The notes below the pieces were generated by a model. That model was not told the origin of the DNA, did not search any database, and saw only the letters and a list, made by a program, of their open reading frames with translations. A DNA stretch of 62,900 bases, filler included, from Octopus bimaculoides (Eukaryota): the NCBI RefSeq assembly GCF_001194135.2. It is 5 parts of 5 records of this genome, joined end to end, with 100 filler letters (N's around TTAATTAATTAA, not from the genome) between each part and the next. Parts side by side here need not be neighbours in the genome. Positions count along the whole stretch, not along the records: positions 1 to 8,660 come from NC_069002.1; 4 more parts are not named here. One strand, given 5' to 3'. Both the position numbers and the translations under genes were made by a program. This document shows, in pieces, positions 1 through 8,716 of this stretch (position 1 is its first letter; every line of letters starts with the position of its first letter).

Positions 1-180
1 TTCAGTGTGCGTGAAGGGAGGCAACTCAATGCACTATTTCACACGAGCTTACACAAACAAACACTTAAATAAAATAGAAATATAATTATGAACTTATTGT
101 ATAGTGCTCATGGGAACTTCAACTCATAAGAAAAAATAGCCAAAAGTACATGAACCGTACATAGAACAATGTATAGGATT

Positions 181-395
181 CTTTTACTTGTTTTGGTCAT
201 TTGATTGTGGCCATGCTGGAGCACCGCCTTGAAGTGTTTTTGTCGAACAATTCGACCCCAGGACTTATTATTTGTAAGCCTAGATCTTATTCTATTGGTC
301 GCTCTGCTGAACTGCTAGGTTACAGGGTTGTAAACACACCAACGCTGACTGTCAAGTGATGATGAGGAGCAAACACAGACACAAATGACACACAC
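181..395 (-). mobile_element. 3' half of a tRNA-derived SINE (same family as 44255-44672)
   Basis: Reverse complement matches the 3' body of the copy at 44255-44672 (aataagtcctggggtcga...cagtcaaatgaccgaaacaa, A-rich tail). Confidence 0.7.
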
Positions 396-409
396 ATGCA
401 GATATATAC

Positions 410-731
410 ATACATATATATAAATGAAAAAATATATTACAGTTCTATATTTAAGAGATGAGGAATTATGTACATTATTTACATTTGACAGATATTTGTT
501 CTCATCTTGTTTGTTGTTAACACAGCGTTTCAGCTGATATACTCTCCAGCCTCCATCAGGTGTCTTGGGGAAATTTCGAACCTGGGTTCTCATTCCTAAG
601 GTATTTTTCAATGTTATTATTATTATTATTATCATTATTATTATTATTCAGGTCACTGTCTGGAATCGAACTTGGAATCTTGAGGTTAGTAGCCCGTGCT
701 CTTAACTACTACAACATATGCCTAGGCATAT
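410..731 (-). mobile_element. tRNA-headed SINE-like element carrying a hammerhead ribozyme module
   Basis: Minus strand reads: ggcatat, degenerate A box (tgttgtagtag), B box GTTCGATTCC, (AAT)n, a body with an HHR core at 519-564, then an AT-rich tail running into (TA)n. Confidence 0.6.
519..564 (-). ncRNA. Minimal type I hammerhead ribozyme, mutated copy
   Basis: gacac CTGATGG aggctg..cagct GAAA cg CT gtgtt. A9 to G and U16.1 to C relative to the intact copy at 789-834. Confidence 0.55.
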
Positions 732-788
732 AATAATAACATCGAAAAATACCTTAGGAATGAGAACCCAGGTTTGAAATTTCCCCAA

Positions 789-834
789 GACACCTGATGA
801 AGGCTGGAGGGTATATCAGCCGAAACGTTGTGTT
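789..834 (+). ncRNA. Minimal type I hammerhead ribozyme (PLE-type, dimer-dependent)
   Basis: Stem I gacac/gtgtt, core CTGATGA (794-800), stem II ggctg/cagcc, GAAA (822-825), palindromic stem III AACGTT with no loop, cleavage triplet GUU. Confidence 0.8.
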
Positions 835-882
835 AATAACAAACAAGATGAGGACAAATATTCATCAAATGTAAATAATGTA

Positions 883-1752
883 AAAAATATATTGTGGATA
901 CAAAAAAGACAACTAGAAAACATATGACGTATATTGAGTGCAGAAACATATGGAAGACAGACACAGAAGGTCCCTAATTCTTCATCAGTTATCAACCACA
1001 TAGTATTACTCAGTTTTGCACCATTAATGATAAGACTGAGATGCTTCCCACACTGGCAGTGCCAGCAAAATTTGCAGAGAATATAGGGCCGAGAGCAAAC
1101 AATACATGGATAACAAATGATGCAGAAGTGGACACACAAGAGTGAACAAATGCAATTCAAGACAAAGGACAAAGATGAAATGAATAAGAAATGAGCAAAA
1201 TATAGCCTCAGGGCCAAAAAGACATGGATGGTGGGTAACACTTAGAGGGCAATCCTAAAGGATTAGAAAAACAACAAATAGTAAGAGATGTACCAGTGGG
1301 ACACAGAGAATTTAGGACTGGTCAGCTATGTGTAAAAAAGGGAAAGAAATAAAGGCTGGCCGTGGGTCATATGTCAGTAGCAGACAGTGGAGAAAGAGGG
1401 TAAGAGAGAGAACGACAGAGAGAAAAAAGGGAAGGCATGAAGAGGAAATAAAGGAGAAAGAAAAGCTAGAAATAGAAGTAAGAAGGCGAGAGAGAGAGAG
1501 AGAAAAAAGGGAGATAGAGGAATGGCTAAAGATAGAGTCACACAGATACATAAATAACTTTGTTAAAAAAAAGCCAGGGTGCATTGCATTACTTAATAAA
1601 TGAAAAAATGTATTGTAAATACACAAACAACAAGTAAAAATGTATAACATATATTGAGTGCACAAAGGGATGGAAGACAAACACAGATCCCTAATTCTTC
1701 ATCAGTTATCAACCAGATGGTTTAACTCAGTTTCTCACTCTTAATGATAAGA
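883..1752. repeat. Pair of ~150-bp diverged direct repeats (883-1035, 1603-1752) flanking ~570 bp
   Basis: Shared blocks atattgagtgca, atggaagaca.acacaga, tccctaattcttcatcagttatcaacca, actcagttt and ttaatgataaga. Confidence 0.8.
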
Positions 1753-1769
1753 TATATGATGAGCTTCTG

Positions 1770-1905
1770 TCAACAAAACCCACTTACAATGCTTAGGTTG
1801 GTTCAAAGTTATAGTAGAAGACACTTGTCCAAGTGTAATGCAGTGGGATTGAACCCAGAAACATGTAGTTGGGAAGCAAACTTCTTACCACACAGCCATG
1901 CCTGT
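1770..1905 (-). mobile_element. 5' head of a tRNA-derived SINE
   Basis: Reverse complement: ggcatggctgtgtggtaagaagtttgcttcccaac..ttctgggttcaatcccactgc..cttggacaagtgtcttctactata, matching 44255-44350. Confidence 0.7.
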
Positions 1906-2603
1906 GCCTATATTTGAGATATTTAACAAAAAAAAAAACAAAAAAGAGTGGGTGGGGCATCAGGTGTAGTGTTGTAGGCCTGGAAGTTTTGAAGGACATA
2001 GTGTCTCCACTGCTAACAGCTGATGCAGGTAGTTTATTCTTTGCTTCAGCAATTCTGAGTGTGGAAAGCGTTTTTGAAAGTCATGGGTGCTGTGTTAGCA
2101 TCCATCTTTCAAATGTCACCCACAGGGTATATTGGTTAATTCACAGTTACAGTAAAAGACACTTGGCCAAGGTATTGCATGGGAGGATTGAACTGGAAAT
2201 TGTGTTGTTGTGAAGTGAACTCCTCAGACACATGTCTAGACCTGCACTCATATGACAATGGAATGAGAAATATTAAGAAGATTTGAAACGGCAAAAACAA
2301 TGAACTGTAATCTCTGCTACTTCACTTAGGTAGATATGATAATGCATGCAGAGAAACAGTTGCAATAAAAATAGTCTGAATGCAGGAAGAAGAAGAAAAA
2401 GAAAAGTAAAAAAATATATATATATTTTCAAAGTATTCCGAGTCATATGAAAAGTGTTGCCACCACTATGACAGACAGTCAAGTATTTACCTCGGGCAAT
2501 AAATGAAAACAATATATATCTACAATTTCCTTGTATACTTAAAGTACTAACGCAGTTGGGTGAATACTTTTTCACGGCATTTTAATTATATTTTTACATT
2601 GAT

Positions 2604-3159
2604 GGTATTAGCTGTCAGAAGCGAAAGTAGAAAAATCTAAACAAGGAATGTTACTGCTGGTTTGAGTTGAAATCTGTTTCTTTGGCTACTGACTGGCCGG
2701 GGCTATCTATCTATCTCTCGTCCACCTTCGTTTGTTTCCGTAGAATTTATCAAATTAGAAAAAAAAAACTTTTTGGCTACTTCCATCATGCTAGCTCCAC
2801 ACGAGGGGTATATTTTTGGGGTATTTAAAAGTCCATGTCTCTTAAGCCAATTAATACTATTTTCTGTTGTAGCGGTGGCGATGGCAATATCGCGGTGATT
2901 AATTCCAACTTTGGATTACGCGTGGTGGTGGTGCTGATTGGTGTATGTGATTTGTNNNNNNNNNNAATGAATAATGCAAAAATATTTTTATTTATAAAGT
3001 TTAAACTGAATTTCATTTGTTTAAATTCTACGAGGGAGAGACAGAGAGACAGACAGATAGTTCCGGCCAGTCAGTAGCCAAAGAAACAGATTTCAACTCA
3101 AACCAGCAGTAACATTCCTTGTTTGGATTTTTCTACTTTCATTTCTGACAGCTAATACC
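2604..3159. mobile_element. Non-autonomous DNA transposon (MITE-like) with ~115-bp terminal inverted repeats
   Basis: GGTATTAGCTGTCAGAA... at 2604 and ...TTCTGACAGCTAATACC ending at 3159; the long arms are reverse complementary, AT flanks both ends, and there is no ORF with homology. Confidence 0.75.
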
Positions 3160-3413
3160 ATGACAGTGCCACCTTAGGTTTCCCGTCCATAAAGCTAAAC
3201 CTTCTATGGACCGGAAATCTAAGGTAATCCTATAAACCGGCCTTCCCCATTTTAAATATATATCATCATCATCATCATCGTTTAACGTCCGCTTTCCATG
3301 CTAGCATGGATTGGACGATTTGACTGAGGACTAGTGTTGTGTGTAAAATTGGCTGTTATTTCCAGGAGCTGAATTTTCCTTACATTAAAAACGAACAGTT
3401 TATAAATACGAAC

Positions 3414-3528
3414 CCTTGGGTGGCGTCCAGTGTTGTTTTCCATAGGAATGTTTAAGTAGCAAGTATTCTATCTGATTATGTAGACGTCGATAAACAATTA
3501 AGCCGGCGGCAACGACTTGAGATGCCAT
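3414..3528 (-). CDS. NUDT2: Bis(5'-nucleosyl)-tetraphosphatase (Ap4A hydrolase, Nudix family), first coding exon
   Basis: Translates as MASQVVAAGLIVYRRLHNQIEYLLLKHSYGKQHWTPPK-G, matching the NUDT2 N-terminus (xGLIxFRR...EFLLL...HWTPPKG). It ends at a phase-1 GT donor (gttcgt at 3413). It is too short for the supplied ORF track. Exon 2 was not seen and would lie left of position 1. Confidence 0.85.
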
Positions 3529-3744
3529 CACTGTGAATTTAGAATCGGACAGAATTTACCTTAAAATATATTTTATACATTAAATAAAAAAGAAATTGCA
3601 AAATTAAAAAGAGCCAAACAAATATATTCTTCAACAGTAATGTAGTTTAATAAGCGATAGAAAAACTAGAAAGGTTTTAGTTGCTCACAACAAATAAAGA
3701 CATACCTAGCGTGGTAATAATTGGAGCGGTGTAGTGGGAAGATA
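3529..3744. promoter_or_regulatory. Probable bidirectional promoter / 5' UTR region
   Basis: Lies just upstream of the minus-strand NUDT2 ATG. A CG-containing stretch at ~3705-3744 ends in a GTAAGC donor-like site (3745) that could be the non-coding first exon of the plus-strand gene. Inferred only. Confidence 0.4.
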
Positions 3745-4999
3745 GTAAGCGGTTTAAAAATTGTTTACTACTCGGTCTAAATGGAAATTAGACTAAAAGC
3801 GTGTTAGATTTGGTTTACGTTTAGTGATTAAACGAAAGGAAACATGGAAATATAATTGGCGGACAGTCCACCATGTAATCAGTATACAATAGTAGCATTT
3901 AGACTAATTTATTTATGTAACAACCATGTATTATATATTTCCGCACATACACATATATATATTTAGAATGATAAAGTCTTGTACATTCCTGAGTTCAGCA
4001 ATGGACAGTATGAATTATGAGTGTAATGTTTATCTGTATTAAGGAATATATTTTTTTAATTACAAACCACGTTGTCCTTTATAATTGAATTTATTCCGGT
4101 ATAAACCGGTGTTACCTGAAAACATTATCTGCTTCAACTTGAATGTTAGACATCCTGTCACACTAGAAGCTATCCATCTACTTACATTTTCTACTTAGGA
4201 ACACCAACATTACAATATGCAGTAAGATTAAAATTTTTTTTTGTTTTAATCGTATTCTTATTAATAACATGTTACATGCCTATAAGATTGTTTGGTTTGG
4301 CGTTTACTTAAGACACATGTTTGATGAATAATCAATTTGTTGTGATGTATTTTACTACAGAGACACTCAAATCATTAATCATTGCTGTTGTCGCGACAGT
4401 TTAAAACACATGACAAAACATTATATCGTCATTTTACGTGCAAAATGATGATTTTCGATCTTTAATTATTTACTGTGTGCAGATTGTACGGCAATTAACA
4501 GTTGTTTTAGTTTGGAAGCAGTTTCTTTATCTTTCGGAACCTGGAATTTATCACTTTAATGAAAATTGTTTATTACACTGATTACGATAATGACTGCAAT
4601 GATGATTAAGGTAGTAGTGTTTGTGAGGTTACTTTAATAATGATTTTGATACTGAAGAAGATAATGTTGATGACAAGTGAAATTATAAATGTGATCAACG
4701 TAAATCACAAACATGTTTTTATTCCTTCTTCCGTTTCCTGCTTTGTGTTTTGACGAATGACTATTATCAGAAACGTTGACTGTCTTTCACATCCCTCACA
4801 GTGTGAAATACATTGACTTTGCACTACGCCAGTTTTGTTTTTGTCGTTCGTGTCCCCTTTGGATATTCGTTTTATTTGGGTTTTTTTTTTATCTGATAAA
4901 AACATCTTCTTCGGCACATTTAGTCTCTCACTGTGTTCGCAATAGCGATCAGTGTAGTTTCTGTAGACCCAGGACTCTCCGATTTCACATACCCGTAGT

Positions 5000-5850
5000 C
5001 GCTCACCTTTGAAAACTGCAGCAAAATGAATGTTATTGTCTTGGACATCAGTAAAAAACTGATCATGTCTGGTGTGAATATCTCATAGTTAAGTTGCACG
5101 CCAATGAACTTCAGGCGTCTCTCATTTCCTGAATCTGATCAATCCATTACTGCAACCCTTTCCTATCTACACTCTGTCAACGCTTGGTTATATCTCACTC
5201 AGTTTTCCTTCCATACCTTAATTGTCTACCTGTTGTTACTTCTAACCATGTGCTCTTGTGTAGATGTTACTACTCTTCAATACTTAACTATCCTCACATG
5301 GGCACCATCCACATGCAATCTATACACTTCGTGTTTACAAGTACAGCTCTGGTGAACAGGGGCCTGGAAGGCATTCGTCAAAGGGAGTGAGTTGAGATAT
5401 GACTACCCAGTTTCCTTCAGCAACACTGAGACACATTTAGTTACATTTATCAAGGAACCACTGCATGACTCTATACCTATGTTCAAACTAAATTCTCTAA
5501 ATCATTACAAATTCCAGGCGACAGTCTCACATTGCAACATACAAACATCTTAAAAGCTACTTTCCAGTGACTTATTTCCTTTTCAGGGCCTGATAATTAC
5601 TTCAGATTAACATCTGTGCGACTCACATTGGTGTACTGATCACATATTTGGAATGGTACTGTGGCTACGCACAAACATTCTCACCTACAGAAAGTGATTT
5701 AGCTAAATGCCACAAAAATCCTTCAAAAAACATTATGACCATTAGCTTGCAGATGTGTTGTTTCTTCTCTCTTCTTCTTCAAGCACTATTACAATGACCT
5801 CCACTCCTCTAAAATAACATGCTGCATGCTTCCCCTGTCCTGTTGACATG
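5000..5850 (+). mobile_element. Heavily decayed Jockey-group (CR1/L2-like) LINE, RT and C-terminal region
   Basis: Fragments translate to VIVLDISK (RT motif LDISKAFD), SVRLTLVY*SHIWNG (VRPxLEYxSHIWxG) and a LFxxYYxx-type C-terminal block; many stops and frameshifts. Confidence 0.6.
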
Positions 5851-6718
5851 TAGGAATCAGTGCAAGATCAGGAGAGAGAGAGAGCACAAGGAAAGGTAAC
5901 AAAACAAGGAGAAACAATGTAAGGTGACAGGCTTGAGTGGAAATGGCATAAGATCAGCCAGCTTTGATAAAACCATTGTATTTGTGATAGAATGTAGAAA
6001 CATGTCAGTAGATCAGAGGCTGCAGTATATTGGTAACTTCTGGCTAATCTATCAGATGCAGTAGCAGCACCATATCATACTGTATTTACCTTACATTTGT
6101 ATGGTACTTATTGACAGCTGAGCGGTCGGTCGGCTGAGTTGTTGAGAGTTTAGTACCCTTGCTGGAAAGTCTGTGCCAGCATTGGTAATAAAATATAAAT
6201 AACCATTCGTGTTAACAGTTTCTTCTCTTGTGGTAATATGGATTTTTCATTCATTCATCAATGTTCTTTGAAATATTTTTTAAAGAAATATGATAATTTT
6301 AGCTAAAACATGAAGGTTCTTAAAAAAAAAATGGTTTTATTTAAAATATGATTTTTAGAAACCAAATTGTATTTTGATATTTAATTTGATGTGTCTTGGG
6401 AGGGTCATTATGCCAATAATAATAAACACATGCACTGGTTCAATATTTCTTTATTGTTAGTCGGTTGGTTAAATATCAAACAAGCTAACTAATTGACAGT
6501 TTGTTTAATATGCTGGTTAAACAACCAATTGGTTGTTTGTTAGTCAAAGTCCATTCATCATTATTTGTAACCTTATCAGTGACATATCCTCTCTCTTGAA
6601 GGTCAGCCTTGATTCTCAAGACAGACCTTGAAGAGTTTTATTGGTTATTTTTTTCTATATTTTTTTCTTTCTGGCAGTGATTGTTAAGTGAAAGAATTTA
6701 CCAAGTTTTGTTGGTACA

Positions 6719-6985
6719 ATGTCAGACACTATGACAAATTTCCAAACTCAGTCAAGCAGTAATAAGAACTGTTGTTCAAACACACATAATATAAGCAATG
6801 GAACAGATGAAGAGATGTGCCAAGAGAAGTCTCATGACAGCAGCACCACAGAAAACACAGCCACCAAAGAGAATGGCAAAAACACTGATGAAAAGCATTC
6901 CAAATTTACTGGCTTTGGTATTCCATTGAATGTACAGAGATATGAGGCTGTGAGGAAGGAACTAGGAAAAGAAAACATAGAATCG
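6719..6985 (+). CDS. HENMT1: Hen1-like small RNA 2'-O-methyltransferase, first coding exon (exon 6678-6985)
   Basis: Polypyrimidine acceptor ending AG at 6677, ATG at 6719, phase-0 donor GTAAGA at 6986. The C-terminal peptide FGIPLNVQRYEAVRKELGKENIES fits the Hen1 FxxPLxxQRYxxV motif with the 11-residue spacing to the next V-x-D-x-G-C. The call rests on this one motif. Confidence 0.6.
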
Positions 6986-7088
6986 GTAAGACACATTCTA
7001 ATGTCTAAAAGCAGTTCAAGAACTGGTATAATTCAAGTTTATTGAGAAATTTAAAAATGTAACAGAATGAATATTTAAATTCATATAT

Positions 7089-7290
7089 ATGCATCATCAT
7101 CATCATCATCATCTTCATTTTAACCTCCACTTTACCATGCTTGCATGGGTTGAGGCAGATTTTCCATATGTATTTAAATTCATACATATTCATCATCATC
7201 ATCATTATCATCATCATCATCACCATCATCATCTTCATTTTAACCTCCACTTTACCATGCTTGCATGGGTTGAGGCAGATTTTCCAATGT
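7089..7290 (-). repeat. Local tandem duplication of an RTE-type 3' tail with (CAT)n
   Basis: Two near-identical catcatcatcttcattttaacctccactttaccatgcttgcatgggttgaggcagattttcc units. Confidence 0.75.
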
Positions 7291-7619
7291 CCAAATGCTC
7301 TTCTTGTAACCAATTCTTGCCTGTTTCACTAAAAATGAATGATACTGCCTATATGACAGTGACACTTGTTTACAACTAAAATGTGATGTCAAGACAAGGA
7401 GACACAAACACACACACCCTTACAGTCATACTCACACATACATACATACATACGATTTGATTCTTTCAGTTTCCATCTATGATATCCACTCACAAAGCTT
7501 TAGTCAGCCCAGGACTACAATAGAAGATGCTTGCCTAAGATGGGACTGAACCAAAAACTATTTGCTTGAACAAACTTCTTATCCACAGCTATTCCTATAC
7601 CTACATACACACACACATG

Positions 7620-7790
7620 TATAAAACTGAGAATGTGTGTGTGTGTGTGTCTGTATGTGTGCATCACTAAAACTCGAGAACTACCCGACTGAATTCATTC
7701 AAATTTTACACATGCCTTACTTAGGGTCCATGCAGTGTCATGGGCCAAAACAATTTTCAACTTCTTGCCTAATGTGAGCCTCGAGCAATC
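7620..7790 (+). mobile_element. Interspersed repeat, also at 10500-10675 (possibly a non-autonomous Helitron-like element)
   Basis: Both copies share (GT)n then aactcgaga...aaattttaca.atgc...catg.agtgtcatg...aattttcaacttcttgcctaatgtg. The class is inferred. Confidence 0.5.
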
Positions 7791-8068
7791 TCTTATCTCT
7801 TACACTATTTCAGTATTACGTATCAAAAGTGAAACAGTAACAACTTTATTGTAATCCCTCTCTCTCTCTTTGGGAGAGAGGCACAAGCACATACACAGAC
7901 ATATACACATGCGGCAGTAACTTCCGCCTACCAAATTCAATCACAAAGCTTCGGTCGGCTTGGGGCTATAGCAGAAGACACTTGCCCAAGGTGCCACGCG
8001 GTGATATACATACACACACACATATATATCTATATGTATAGATATATATATTTATAGATATATATATA

Positions 8069-8390
8069 CTGCCTGACTGGCCTTCATAGGATTTTCGAGC
8101 GAGATCATTGCCAGTGCCCCTGGACTGGCTCTTGTGCGGGTGGCACATAAAAGACACCATTTTGAGCGTGGCCGTTGCCAGTACCGCCTGACTGGCCCTC
8201 GTGCGGGTGACACGTAAAAGCACCCACTACACTCTCTGAGTAGTTGGCGTTAGGAAGGGCATCCAGCTGTAGAAACTCTTCCAAATTAGATTGGAGCTTG
8301 GTGTTGCCATCCGGTTTCACCAGTCCTCAGTCAAATCGTCCAACCCATGCTAGCAGGGAAAGCGGACGTTAAACGATAATGATGATGATG
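8069..8390 (+). mobile_element. RTE LINE 3' UTR fragment with (GAT)n tail (further copies 8761-8955, 25820-26160)
   Basis: Near-identical to the 3' UTR of the RTE at 19544-19916. Confidence 0.85.
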
Positions 8391-8650
8391 TGGTGGCACG
8401 TGGCTTATTGGTTAGGGTGTCAGCACCATGATCGTAAGATTGTGGTTTCGATTCCTGGACTGGGCGACGCGTTGTGTTCTTGAGCACAACACTTCATTTC
8501 ACGTTGCTCCAGTCCACTCAGCTGGCAAAAATGAGTAACGCTGCGATGGACTGGCATCCCATCCAGCTGGGGAACATATACGCCATTGAAACTGGGAAAC
8601 CAGGCCCATGAGCCTGGCTAGGCTTTAAAAGGGCACATTTATTATTTATT
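8391..8650 (+). mobile_element. tRNA-derived SINE, second family (minus-strand partial copy 58870-59060)
   Basis: A-box-like tggcttattgg, B box gtttcgattcc, body ccactcagctggcaaaaatgagtaac, (ATTT)n-type tail. Confidence 0.75.
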
Positions 8651-8704
8651 ATATATATATNNNNNNNNNNNNNNNNNNNNNNNNNNNNNNNNNNNNNNNN
8701 NNNN

Positions 8705-8716
8705 TTAATTAATTAA
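8705..8716. other. Assembly gap spacer TTAATTAATTAA (also 28556-28567, 40966-40977, 54689-54700)
   Basis: The identical 12-mer, with stops in all six frames, sits in the centre of N runs (44 N each side at 8661-8760). Technical, not biological. Confidence 0.9.

Larger units (their letters stand above)
471..882. repeat. Inverted repeat, ~150-bp arms (471-621 / 730-882)
   Basis: The arms are reverse complements with scattered mismatches. The loop holds the tRNA-like head; the perfect palindrome atatgcctaggcatat (716-731) lies at the junction. Confidence 0.9.

Noticed and set aside
649-720. tRNA-like sequences here and at 8391, 44255 and 58109 as tRNA genes
   Set aside because: The acceptor stems and A boxes are degenerate and each continues into a repeat body; these are SINE heads.
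975-1000. CTGATGA on the minus strand of both direct repeats (also ~1690-1715) as hammerheads
   Set aside because: No GAAA follows a stem II and no stem I/III register was found.
8705-8716. TTAATTAATTAA recurring four times as a possible motif
   Set aside because: It is always centred in N runs; an assembly spacer.
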